Assembly (NCBI RefSeq): GCF_050320075.1
Contig: NZ_CP190021.1
DNA length: 64,000 bases
Reading direction: 5' to 3' (one strand)
From: Escherichia coli
Lineage (GTDB): Bacteria; Pseudomonadota; Gammaproteobacteria; Enterobacterales; Enterobacteriaceae
The translations under genes and the position numbers were made by a program. Numbering within the stretch: the first letter of the stretch is position 1; every line of letters begins with the position of its first letter. This document shows, one piece after another, positions 1-8,319 of the stretch. A model generated the notes under the pieces. It saw nothing but the letters and a program-made list of their open reading frames with translations. It made no database searches and was not told the DNA's origin.

Positions 1-2
1 TA

Positions 3-1952
3 ACGAAGTGTGAACCAGAAACCACCCGCAAAGCAAGCCGTAAATCTGTAAAAACGCAGGAAACTGTCCTGTCTGCCCTGCTGGCGCAGACGGAGGAAGT
101 GAGCGTGCCGCTGGCCTCGCTGATTAAATCACCGCTGAATGTGCGCACGGTGCCGTATTCTGCGGAGTCCGTCAGCGAACTGGCGGAGTCCATTAAGGGC
201 GTCGGACTGCTGCAGAATCTGGTCGTGCATACCCTGCCTGGTGACCGTTACGGTGTCGCCGCAGGTGGTCGCCGACTGGCTGCACTCAACATGCTGGCAG
301 AGCGTGGCATCATTCCGGCTGACTGGCCTGTACGCGTGAAGGTTATTCCGCAGGAGCTGGCGACGGCTGCATCAATGACTGAAAACGGTCATCGTCGGGA
401 TATGCACCCTGCCGAACAGATTGCCGGATTCCGTGCGATGGCGCAGGAAGGCAAAACGCCTGCACAAATCGGTGATTTGCTGGGCTATTCGCCCCGCCAC
501 GTTCAGCGAATGCTGAAACTGGCAGACCTTGCGCCTGTCATCCTCGATGCGCTGGCAGAAGACCGCATCACCACAGAGCACTGTCAGGCGCTGGCGCTGG
601 AGAACGACACCGCGCGTCAGGTGCAGGTGTTTGAAGCCGCCTGCCAGTCGGGATGGGGCGGTAAACCGGAAGTACAGACCATTCGTCGTCTGGTGACCGA
701 AAGTGAAGTGGCGGTGGCAGGTAACAGTAAATTCCGCTTCGTGGGGGCTGATGCTTTCTCACCTGACGAACTGCGTACTGATTTGTTCAGCGATGACGGG
801 GACGGTTATGTCGACCGCGTGGCGCTCGATGCTGCCCTGCTGGAAAAACTCCAGGCTGTCGCTGAACACCTTCGGGAAGCCGAAGGCTGGGAATGGTGCG
901 CCGGACGCATGGAGCCTGTCGGTGAGTGCCGTGAGGATGCCGGAACATACCGCTGTCTGCCGGAGCCGGAAGCGGTGCTGACGGAGGCAGAAGAAGAACG
1001 CCTGAACGAACTGATGACGCGTTACGACGCGCTGGAAAACCAGTGTGAGGAATCCGACCTGCTGGAAGCAGAAATGAAGCTGATGCGCTGCATGGCGAAG
1101 GTCAGGGCGTGGACGCCGGAGATGCGTGCCGGAAGTGGCGTGGTGGTGTCCTGGCGTTATGGAAACGTATGTGTCCAGCGTGGTGTGCAGTTGCGCAGTG
1201 AAGATGACGCGACTGATGACGCTGACCGCACGGAACAGGTGCAGGAGAAAGCGTCAGTGGAGGAAATCAGTCTGCCGTTGCTGACGAAAATGTCTTCCGA
1301 ACGCACGCTGGCAGTCCAGGCAGCACTGATGCAGCAACCGGACAAATCTCTGGCACTGCTGGCATGGACGCTCTGCCTGAATGTGTTTGACAGCGGAGCG
1401 TACAGTAAACCAGCACAAATCAGCCTGGAATGTAAACATTATTCGCTGACCAGCGATGCGCCGTCAGGGAAGGAAGGTGCCGCATTCCTGGCGCTGATGG
1501 CAGAAAAAGCCCGTCTTGCGGCCCTGTTACCGGAGGGATGGTCACGGGACATGACGACGTTCCTGTCACTCAGTCAGGAGGTGCTGTTATCCCTGCTCAG
1601 TTTCTGCACCGCATGCAGCCTTAACGGTGTCCAGACCCGCGAGTGTGGTCGCACGTCACGCAGTCCGCTTGACTCACTGGAGAGCGCCATCGGTTTTCAC
1701 ATGCGCGACTGGTGGCAGCCGACGAAAGCAAACTTCTTCGGACACCTGAAAAAGCCGCAGATTATCGCAGCCCTGAATGATGCCGGACTGTCCGGTGCCG
1801 CACGGGACGCAGAGAAGATGAAGAAAGGCGATGCCGCTGAACATGCAGAGTTCCATATGAAAGACAACCGCTGGGTGCCTGGCTGGATGTGTTCACCACG
1901 TCCACAGACGGATGCCACTGAACGCGCCGATAACCTGGCTGATGCCGCCTGA
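3..1952 (+). CDS. ParB/sulfiredoxin-like nuclease-domain leading-region protein (5' end off window)
   Basis: Frame 3 is open from the window edge, so the track start at 99 is only an internal GTG. ParB-box-like motifs LLQNLVVH and GGRRLAAL plus HTH-like YSPRHVQRMLKL. Sits just upstream of psiB as in F/IncI leading regions. Confidence 0.8.
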   Translation, partial: TKCEPETTRKASRKSVKTQETVLSALLAQTEEVSVPLASLIKSPLNVRTVPYSAESVSELAESIKGVGLLQNLVVHTLPGDRYGVAAGGRRLAALNMLAERGIIPADWPVRVKVIPQELATAASMTENGHRRDMHPAEQIAGFRAMAQEGKTPAQIGDLLGYSPRHVQRMLKLADLAPVILDALAEDRITTEHCQALALENDTARQVQVFEAACQSGWGGKPEVQTIRRLVTESEVAVAGNSKFRFVGADAFSPDELRTDLFSDDGDGYVDRVALDAALLEKLQAVAEHLREAEGWEWCAGRMEPVGECREDAGTYRCLPEPEAVLTEAEEERLNELMTRYDALENQCEESDLLEAEMKLMRCMAKVRAWTPEMRAGSGVVVSWRYGNVCVQRGVQLRSEDDATDDADRTEQVQEKASVEEISLPLLTKMSSERTLAVQAALMQQPDKSLALLAWTLCLNVFDSGAYSKPAQISLECKHYSLTSDAPSGKEGAAFLALMAEKARLAALLPEGWSRDMTTFLSLSQEVLLSLLSFCTACSLNGVQTRECGRTSRSPLDSLESAIGFHMRDWWQPTKANFFGHLKKPQIIAALNDAGLSGAARDAEKMKKGDAAEHAEFHMKDNRWVPGWMCSPRPQTDATERADNLADAA

Positions 1953-2003
1953 TGAACAACCACACCGCCCCGCCGGAGACGGGGCGGCAGAGGGAGAAAT
2001 ACG

Positions 2004-2441
2004 ATGATGAATACCGAACTGACACTGAATGCCCTGCAGTCCATGAATGCCCAGGAATATGAAGAAATCCGTGCTGCGGGAAGCGATATGCGCCGTAATC
2101 TCACTCACGAGGTGATGCGTAAAGTGGACGCACCGGCTAACTGGATGATGAACGGAGAGTATGGCAGCGAGTTCGGGGGCTTTTTCCCCGTCCAGGTTCG
2201 TTTCACGCCAGCCCACGAACGTTTCCACCTGGCATTATGTTCGCCGGGAGACGTCTCTCAGCTCTGGATGCTGGTTCTGGTGAATGGTGGTGGACAGCCT
2301 TTCGCCGTCGTTCAGGTGCAACATATCTTCACGCCTGCCGCGATCAGTCACACGCTGGCGCTTGCCGCGACACTGGATGCGCAGGGATACAGTGTTAACG
2401 ACATCATCCATATCCTGATGGCAGAAGGAGGTCAGGCATGA
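2004..2441 (+). CDS. psiB: PsiB, plasmid SOS-inhibition protein (RecA inhibitor)
   Basis: 145-aa ORF almost colinear with F PsiB as I recall it ([22 protein letters not shown] ... [37 protein letters not shown] ... [17 protein letters not shown]). GGAG RBS upstream. Confidence 0.93.
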   Translation: MMNTELTLNALQSMNAQEYEEIRAAGSDMRRNLTHEVMRKVDAPANWMMNGEYGSEFGGFFPVQVRFTPAHERFHLALCSPGDVSQLWMLVLVNGGGQPFAVVQVQHIFTPAAISHTLALAATLDAQGYSVNDIIHILMAEGGQA

Positions 2442-3157
2442 GCGCACGTTCACGGGCACTGATCCCCCTCAGCGCAGAACAACAGGCCGCCATGCAGGCG
2501 GTGGCTGTCACAGAACAACGTCGTCGTCAGGGACGCACACTTTCAGCATGGCCTTATGCCACCGCTTTCTTTCGCTGCCTGAATGGCAGTCGCCGGATTT
2601 CGCTGACCGATCTCCGCTTTTTTGCCCCTGCGCTGACGAAGGAGGAATTTCATGGCAACCGTCTCCTGTGGCTGGCTGCCGTGGATAAACTGATTGAAAG
2701 TTTTGGGGAAGTCTGTGTTCTTCCCCTGCCATCCGATGCGGGGCACCGTCTGTTCCCGTCCGTGCCTTTTCGTGAAGGTGAGCGTCGTCGTCAGAAAACC
2801 ACGCTGACAGAGCAGAAATACAGCCGCCAGCGGGAACGTGAGGCAGAACGACGGGAACTGGAATACCAGACATGTTTTGCTCAGGCGCAGATTGACCTTG
2901 CGTTTCATACTCCCGCCACGGTCGGAAGCTGGTTGTCCCGCTGGTCTGGTGTTGTTGAGGAGCATGATCTGGAAACGATTTTCTGGGGGTGGTGCGGGCG
3001 TTTTCCATCACTGTCATCATTTGACCGGTTTTTCTGGCAGGAGGAACCACTCTGGCGGCTGATTTTTGAAGCCGGTGAGGCCGGTCGTGGTGCACCGGTA
3101 CAGGTACGTGCACTTGAGCAGTGGATGATCCCGAACAAGCTGGAGAACGTAATATGA
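2438..3157 (+). CDS. psiA: PsiA
   Basis: 239-aa ORF. Its start overlaps the psiB stop (ATGA) and it is in the canonical position after psiB. The length matches PsiA. Confidence 0.85.
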   Translation: MSARSRALIPLSAEQQAAMQAVAVTEQRRRQGRTLSAWPYATAFFRCLNGSRRISLTDLRFFAPALTKEEFHGNRLLWLAAVDKLIESFGEVCVLPLPSDAGHRLFPSVPFREGERRRQKTTLTEQKYSRQREREAERRELEYQTCFAQAQIDLAFHTPATVGSWLSRWSGVVEEHDLETIFWGWCGRFPSLSSFDRFFWQEEPLWRLIFEAGEAGRGAPVQVRALEQWMIPNKLENVI

Positions 3158-3750
3158 TGAAATCAGACGAAAAATACCAGGTTCCCGCGTGGATGCGACC
3201 TCTGTTGCCGTTGCTCTGCAACACCGGGGGGAACGATCCGGAAGAACTGCTGAATGATACAGAAACCACTGCCAGTGCGAATGTTGTCCGTTATGTACTG
3301 ATAGTTGCTGTGCGGTCGCAGGTTGATCTGCTGCAGCTTCTGTACAGGAAAGGGCTGTTGCGCACAGAGATACCAGGTGGCTTTTCACCGGAAGAAGCGC
3401 AGGCACTCCTGGATAATCTGGTGCGCAGCCATATCAGCAAGGCGCTGTCGGGCGAGCGAATGGCAGCCCGTGACAGAAATGCCGATCTGGCCTGGATTGG
3501 ACAGCAACTGGTCGATGACGCCTGGTTTGTCCGTGCCACACTGGAAGCGCATGGGATGAGCGTCGGAAATGAGAGTCCCCCTGCTCCGCCGGAGACAATG
3601 CCGGACATACAGACACGGGAACTGGTGATGTTGATCAAGCGACTGGCATCATCGCTGAAAGCGGTGAAACCGGACAGTTGTGTGGTGCGTGAAGCGCAGG
3701 ACTGGCTGCGCGACAGAAAACTTGTGGATATCACAGATATTCTCCGGTGA
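3154..3750 (+). CDS. conserved hypothetical leading-region protein (198 aa)
   Basis: ATG at 3154 overlaps the psiA stop (ATGA). GGAG lies 8 nt upstream. Clean ORF with no recognisable motif. Confidence 0.6.
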   Translation: MMKSDEKYQVPAWMRPLLPLLCNTGGNDPEELLNDTETTASANVVRYVLIVAVRSQVDLLQLLYRKGLLRTEIPGGFSPEEAQALLDNLVRSHISKALSGERMAARDRNADLAWIGQQLVDDAWFVRATLEAHGMSVGNESPPAPPETMPDIQTRELVMLIKRLASSLKAVKPDSCVVREAQDWLRDRKLVDITDILR

Positions 3751-3927
3751 ACCAGGCATGTATATTTTACGCAGGGACACGCCGATCATGATCGTTTCAT
3801 ATCAGGGGTGGTCTGGAGGTCATGCGGCGTGTCCTCTGCACTCGCCGGAATAAGGAAGTCGCCGGCGGCTCCGCTTTTACCCGGCCATGCGGGGCATGGC
3901 CTTGTGGGGTTTCAGCTCTGTGGCCTC

Positions 3928-4190
3928 AGCGTCGTGTGCGGGCTGTGCCGTGCCTCCATCTTAGCCGGGCTGGCAGGGATGCAAGGGTACGCTTCGCCGC
4001 TGCGGTCACCCGGTCCCTCCTTCCCGTCTGCCGTGATTTTCCGGTCGTTCGTCCGCTCAGGTTTCGCGGCCTCACCCTGCAACTCCCGTCAGCCGTGTGC
4101 GTCAGGCTGCGGCTTCCCTTGCGCCCCTGCATCCCCGCCTTATCGCCCGGCTTTTATGGAGGCACGGCACCGCCCGGTGTCGCAGAACAT
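3928..4190 (+). promoter_or_regulatory. Frpo/ssi-type long imperfect hairpin (candidate single-strand DNA promoter) upstream of ardA
   Basis: GTGCCGTGCCTCCAT (3945-3959) is the exact reverse complement of ATGGAGGCACGGCAC (4156-4170), and the flanking arms pair imperfectly. It ends about 20 nt before the ardA RBS. The GC-rich 'ORFs' here have no coding character. Confidence 0.65.
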
Positions 4191-4211
4191 GTGACTATGG
4201 AGGATTCGGGA

Positions 4212-4712
4212 ATGTCTGTTGTTGCACCTGCTGTATACGTTGGAACCTGGCACAAATACAACTGTGGAAGCATCGCCGGACGCTGGTTTGACCTGACCAC
4301 GTTTGATGATGAGCGCGACTTTTTCGCCGCCTGCCGTGCTCTTCACCAGGATGAAGCCGATCCTGAACTGATGTTTCAGGATTATGAGGGATTCCCGGGG
4401 AATATGGCCTCTGAATGCCATATCAACTGGGCCTGGGTTGAAGGCTTCCGCCTGGCACGGGATGAAGGCTGCGAAGAGGCTTATCGTCTCTGGGTGGAGG
4501 ATACCGGTGAGACGGATTTTGACACCTTCCGCGATGCCTGGTGGGGCGAGGCTGACAGTGAGGAGGCTTTTGCGGTTGAGTTCGCCAGTGATACCGGCCT
4601 GCTGGCTGACGTGCCGGAGACGGTGGCGCTCTATTTTGACTATGAGGCGTATGCGCGGGATTTATTCCTGGACTCCTTCACCTTTATTGACGGTCATGTG
4701 TTCCGTCGGTGA
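4212..4712 (+). CDS. ardA: ArdA anti-restriction protein (type I R-M inhibitor, DNA mimic)
   Basis: 166 aa starting [34 protein letters not shown], which matches ColIb-P9 ArdA as I recall it. Very acidic C-terminal half. GGAGGA RBS. Confidence 0.93.
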   Translation: MSVVAPAVYVGTWHKYNCGSIAGRWFDLTTFDDERDFFAACRALHQDEADPELMFQDYEGFPGNMASECHINWAWVEGFRLARDEGCEEAYRLWVEDTGETDFDTFRDAWWGEADSEEAFAVEFASDTGLLADVPETVALYFDYEAYARDLFLDSFTFIDGHVFRR

Positions 4713-5080
4713 TTTACTCCCCCGCTCCGGCGGGGGTATGGCCTGCCAGGCCGCCGGAAAACCCTGGCAGGCTTACGCCTGCCTGAAATGCAGGAGGGCC
4801 GCGCCTGCGGCGCTGCCCTTCCTGCCCGTCATGGTGTGAGGCATTTTTCTGTTATGTCGTTTCTGTTGTTCTGATTTCCGGAGGCGGGGACACCTTCGGC
4901 TCCCGGCTGCCTGGCGGCATCCGGTCGTCAGGCCCGACTCCGACAGGCAGCTGCTGGCGCACCCGCCAGTCTCCGCCGAACCCGCTGGCGCGGTTTCGGG
5001 CTGCCGCTACGGTCCGATGTCTGAAAAACCAGGCTTGCAGCGACCGTTCCGGTCGCGCCGCCCCTGTCGCGCCGGAAACG

Positions 5081-5420
5081 GCGCTCCCTGCACACCTGAC
5101 GGTGTGTAAGGCCACTGCGCCTGATGGCGCAGTCAACCCTTCCGCCGCCACCCCTGCGGCCTGTTTCCCGCTGTGGACTTTCCGGGGGCTGGAGTAACCA
5201 CATCCCGTTTCAGCAGTCCAGGGGAAGATATACCGTCCACAAAATTTTTAGCCATAAACCCGGCAAAAAATTTTGCGTCCGCCCCCGGACAGCTGCCCCG
5301 TGACGTGGTGACGGACGCCCCATCGGAAAGGTCCACTGCGGGGAGAAACCCCGAAGAAGTGGACGGCAGAAGGGGCTTTCGCCCCTCCGGGGAGCAACCG
5401 GTCGGCCCGGCGACCTGATT
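5081..5420 (+). repeat. Frpo/ssi-like element, copy A (about 320 bp, homologous to 7959-8300)
   Basis: Blocks shared with copy B: GCGCTCCCTGCACACCT.ACGGTGTGTAAGGCCACTGCGCCTGATGGCGCAG ... GGACTTTCCGGGGG ... CCACATCCCGTTTCAG ... CCCCGGACA.CTGCCCCGTGACGTGGTGA ... CGGAAAGGTCCACTGCGGGGA. Internal long-range complementarity (GGACTTTCCG / CGGAAAGGTCC; CAAAATTTTT / AAAAATTTTG at the apex). Ends at a strong RBS. Confidence 0.7.
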
Positions 5421-5440
5421 CAGCAGAAGGAGACGTTTTC

Positions 5441-5875
5441 ATGACAGTCAGCAGCACGATTTCCGTTTTTTGCCGCGACGGGGTGTTCCGTACCGTTTAC
5501 TGCCACCTGCACGGGGAGCCGACCTGGAACGGTCGCATCCTGCATACCCACTATGCCACCGGTCAGCAGGCCGAAGCCCTGGTTGAACACGGTGATATCC
5601 GTTGCCTCGGTCCCCGTTGCGACAAACCCGCCGGGCATACGCTTCAGAACCCGGTGGACGGTGTGACGGCTTATTACGGACGTGACAGTGGTTTCCGGAT
5701 GGACAGTGAGGCGCGTGAGTACCGTTCTTTCAGGGAGGCTATTGCCACTGAAAGCACTGAAGAGGTGCGCTTCCATTATGTGTTCATCGACGGCTACTGG
5801 AAGGTGATGTACCGCACGCCGGAAGGCTGGAAGATGAAAGCGCTCGCGCTGGCACTGCGTCGCTGTCCGAAATGA
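5441..5875 (+). CDS. hypothetical leading-region protein (144 aa)
   Basis: AAGGAG RBS 8 nt upstream. Lies immediately downstream of Frpo-like copy A. No motif recognised. Confidence 0.65.
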   Translation: MTVSSTISVFCRDGVFRTVYCHLHGEPTWNGRILHTHYATGQQAEALVEHGDIRCLGPRCDKPAGHTLQNPVDGVTAYYGRDSGFRMDSEAREYRSFREAIATESTEEVRFHYVFIDGYWKVMYRTPEGWKMKALALALRRCPK

Positions 5876-5968
5876 AAAAAAGGCAGGGCGATAAACCCTG
5901 CCTCTCTCCGCCGGCGCTTCCCCGCCAGGAAGTCCGGCATCTCAATCACTATCTATGGAGATTATGCC

Positions 5969-6235
5969 ATGAGACCATCAATTATCTTCGCAACCGCCGA
6001 GTATGTAAAGCGTCTGCGTGAAGAGTGCCTGCGGGAGAATAAACCCCTGCACCGCCATACCCGCTTCAGACGTCAGGAGCTGGCACAGGATGAGATTAAC
6101 CCGGACGTCCTGGCGATGAGCGGCCATATCGCCAGACGCTGCAGTGAGCAGAAGCGGGTGCGTATCCCCGCTATGAAAGTCAGCGAATGGGGCCACCTGC
6201 TCCGCGCGCTTGAAATTGAGCGGGTCTGCCACTGA
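5969..6235 (+). CDS. hypothetical protein (88 aa)
   Basis: GGAG RBS and a basic protein. No family recognised. Confidence 0.45.
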   Translation: MRPSIIFATAEYVKRLREECLRENKPLHRHTRFRRQELAQDEINPDVLAMSGHIARRCSEQKRVRIPAMKVSEWGHLLRALEIERVCH

Positions 6236-6299
6236 TTAACCCTTGCCGTCTGCCTGTGCAGGCGGCAGGATACGTTCAGACATCTCACCAGGAGGAACC

Positions 6300-7238
6300 G
6301 TGAGTCAGAAGAAAACCACCACGACGCCCACGCCGCATGATGCCGCGTTCCGGTCGTTCCTGGCGAATCCCGACGTCGCCAGAGATTTTCTGGAACTGCA
6401 TCTTCCGGCGGAGTACCGGCAGTTGTGCGACCTGTCCACGCTGAAGCTGGAACCCGCCACCTTTGTTGAGCCGGACCTGCATCAGTACGCCAGCGATATC
6501 CTCTGGAGTGTGAAAACCACCGGGGGTGAAGATGGCTATGTTTATACGCTCATCGAGCACCAGAGCACCGAAAATCTGTACATGCCTTTCCGCATGTTAC
6601 GTTACAGTGTGGCGGCGATGCAGAGACATCTGGAGCAGCACAAAACGTTGCCACTGGTGATTCCTGTACTGTTCTATCATGGTGAGCGCAGCCCGTACCC
6701 GTACAGCATGAACTGGCTGGACTGTTTTGAGAATCCGGCACTTGCGGCTAAAATATACACAAAGCCGTTTCCGCTGGTTGATATCACTGTCGTTGATGAC
6801 AATGAAATCATGAACCATCGCCGGATGGCCGCACTGACGCTGCTGATGAAGCATATCCGCCATCGTGACATGATGGAGCTGCTGGACAAACTCCCGCAGG
6901 TCATGGTGGAAATTTCAGACGAGCAGGTGCGTGTTCTGATTCATTACATCGTTAACGCAGGGGACTCTGTATCACCGGAATTTATGCGGGCGCTGGCTGA
7001 GCGTCTGCCGCAGCATGAGGATAAACTGATGACTATCGCAGAACGTCTTGAGCAAAAAGGTCGCCAGGAGGGCAGGATGGAAGGACGCATGGAAGGACGC
7101 ATGGAAGGACGCATGGAAGGAGCGCTTGAAAAAGCCCTGGCTATTGCGTGCCAGCTTCAGAAAATGGGGATGACGCCGGAGCAGATTAAGCAGGCTACCG
7201 GACTTTCCGATGACGAACTGAAGAAAATCACTCACTGA
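6300..7238 (+). CDS. Rpn family recombination-promoting nuclease (YhgA-like, PD-(D/E)XK); full-length 'RpnL'
   Basis: GTG at 6300 follows GGAGGA. N-terminal signature PHDAAFRSFL...DFL..HLP ... SDILWSV ... Y.L.EHQS ... MPFRMLRY ... PLVIPVLFYHG is typical of RpnA-E/YhgA-like proteins. Confidence 0.85.
   Translation: MSQKKTTTTPTPHDAAFRSFLANPDVARDFLELHLPAEYRQLCDLSTLKLEPATFVEPDLHQYASDILWSVKTTGGEDGYVYTLIEHQSTENLYMPFRMLRYSVAAMQRHLEQHKTLPLVIPVLFYHGERSPYPYSMNWLDCFENPALAAKIYTKPFPLVDITVVDDNEIMNHRRMAALTLLMKHIRHRDMMELLDKLPQVMVEISDEQVRVLIHYIVNAGDSVSPEFMRALAERLPQHEDKLMTIAERLEQKGRQEGRMEGRMEGRMEGRMEGALEKALAIACQLQKMGMTPEQIKQATGLSDDELKKITH
7029..7238 (+). CDS. predicted intragenic small protein (RpnS-type antitoxin, 69 aa) in frame within rpn
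   Basis: In-frame ATG at 7029 with GAGGA 8 nt upstream. It starts exactly where the free-standing paralog (7300-7458) starts (MTIAERL.QKG). It encompasses the EGRM repeat. Confidence 0.45.
   Translation: MTIAERLEQKGRQEGRMEGRMEGRMEGRMEGALEKALAIACQLQKMGMTPEQIKQATGLSDDELKKITH
7068..7124 (+). repeat. 12-nt tandem repeat (GAAGGACGCATG, about 4.7 units) encoding (EGRM)n
   Basis: Read directly: gagggcaggatg gaaggacgcatg gaaggacgcatg gaaggacgcatg gaaggagcg. In frame inside rpn. Confidence 0.95.
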
Positions 7239-7250
7239 GTAAACATCACA

Positions 7251-7275
7251 GCCCGGCAAAATGCCGGGCTTTTTT
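7251..7275 (+). terminator. intrinsic terminator after rpn
   Basis: GCCCGGC-aaaat-GCCGGGC followed by TTTTTT. Confidence 0.8.
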
Positions 7276-7299
7276 GTCAGCAGGAGCAGAGCAAATAGC

Positions 7300-7458
7300 A
7301 TGACGATTGCAGAACGTCTTATTCAAAAAGGCGCACTTGAAGTGGCGCGGGAAATAGCCTGCCGGCTGCGGGATATGGGCTGGACGCCGGAACGGATTCA
7401 GGAGGCAACCGGACTTTCCGGTGAAGAACTGAAAAAGCTGTTTCCTGATGAGCAGTAG
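7300..7458 (+). CDS. stand-alone RpnS-like small protein (52 aa), paralog of the Rpn C-terminal domain without the EGRM repeat
   Basis: MTIAERLIQKGALEVAREIACRLRDMGWTPERIQEATGLSGEELKKL aligns with Rpn residues MTIAERLEQKG-(EGRM)n-ALEKALAIACQLQKMGMTPEQIKQATGLSDDELKKI. GGAG lies 13 nt upstream, which is suboptimal. Confidence 0.55.
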   Translation: MTIAERLIQKGALEVAREIACRLRDMGWTPERIQEATGLSGEELKKLFPDEQ

Positions 7459-7488
7459 CCTGGCATTCAGCCAGGCTGTGAATCACGC

Positions 7489-7740
7489 TCACACATCCTC
7501 TGCCGTTTCCCCCAGTTCATTTTCCAGTCGCCTGATGATATCTGCCTTACGCATCCCCTGCATGTGAGGCAGCAGGTCACGGACTGAAAGTGCCTGGGTG
7601 GTCCTCCAGACGGTGACGTCCACCTGTTCCGCATTTTCCCAGGCGTGCCATGTTCTCTGCGTCACGCCAAATTCTCTGGCCGCTTTTTCGCGTGACCAGA
7701 GCATGCTTTTTCGCCAGATTCGCAGTTCCCAGCCGGTCAT
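7489..7740 (-). CDS. small XRE/Cro-like HTH regulator (83 aa), the only minus-strand gene between psiB and the Frpo-B copy
   Basis: HTH-like segment REKAAREFGVTQRTWHAWE. Twin palindromes lie directly upstream. Confidence 0.65.
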   Translation of the reverse strand: MTGWELRIWRKSMLWSREKAAREFGVTQRTWHAWENAEQVDVTVWRTTQALSVRDLLPHMQGMRKADIIRRLENELGETAEDV

Positions 7741-7754
7741 AAAACACCTTTGAA

Positions 7755-7842
7755 AAAGTGAAAAAACTTCACTTTATTTTATCATCACAATTGCCAAATC
7801 AGCGCGATAAATAAGTGTAAAAAAGTGAAGAAATTTCACTTT
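7755..7842. promoter_or_regulatory. two 21-bp palindromic operator-like sites AAAGTGAA-N5-TTCACTTT
   Basis: 7755-7775 (aaagtgaa aaaac ttcacttt) and 7822-7842 (aaagtgaa gaaat ttcacttt). Centres are 67 bp apart, in the AT-rich gap between the HTH gene and Frpo-like copy B. Confidence 0.7.
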
Positions 7843-7958
7843 TTTTGCTTGTAAATGTCGTGCGGTTTTCTCTGTTTTCACCTGTGCGGGAGTGGTGTGC
7901 CAGTGACCACCACATGCCATTGTTGTGCCGTCGTTTTTCTTCAGTCGCGCCGTATGCG

Positions 7959-8300
7959 GCGCTCCCTGCACACCTTACGGTGTGTAAGGCCACTGCGCCT
8001 GATGGCGCAGCTGTCTCTGCCTGTCTGCCGCCGCACTGCGGCCTGTTCTCCGCAGACGGACTTTCCGGGGGTACATACATGACCACATCCCGTTTCAGTC
8101 GTCCAGGGGGGAGATGTACCAGCCACAAAACTTTTTGCCGCAGGCGTCAAAAACTTTTGCGTCTGCCCCCGGACAACTGCCCCGTGACGTGGTGAGCGTC
8201 CCCCGTCGGAAAGGTCCACTGCGGGGAAATCCCCGAAGACCCGGACGGCAGAAGGAGCTTCGCTCCTCCGGGAAATGACCTGGCTGTCCCGGCAGTCGTG
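7959..8300 (+). repeat. Frpo/ssi-like element, copy B
   Basis: Homologous to 5081-5420 (see copy A). Ends at the AGGAG RBS of the next gene. Confidence 0.7.
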
Positions 8301-8319
8301 ACGATGAGGAGACAATGTG

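Noticed and set aside
3808-4194. 128-aa and 296-aa (N-terminal part) plus-strand ORFs and a 68-aa minus-strand ORF upstream of ardA
   Set aside because: They lie in the GC-rich hairpin element, have Arg/Ala/Pro/Cys-rich nonsense-like composition and no RBS. The real ardA start is the internal ATG at 4212.
4740-5420. Multiple overlapping ORFs on both strands (4852-5151, 4928-5203, 5133-5336, 5173-5418, 5248-5457)
   Set aside because: They overlap each other in a structured repeat (Frpo-like copy A and its GC-rich flank). They are best explained as chance open frames in high-GC palindromic DNA.
7799-8315. ORFs 7799-8128(-), 7845-8195(+), 7855-8082(+), 7941-8315(-)
   Set aside because: Same reasoning as above for Frpo-like copy B. 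The 'proteins' of copies A and B are not conserved at the amino-acid level, while the DNA is.
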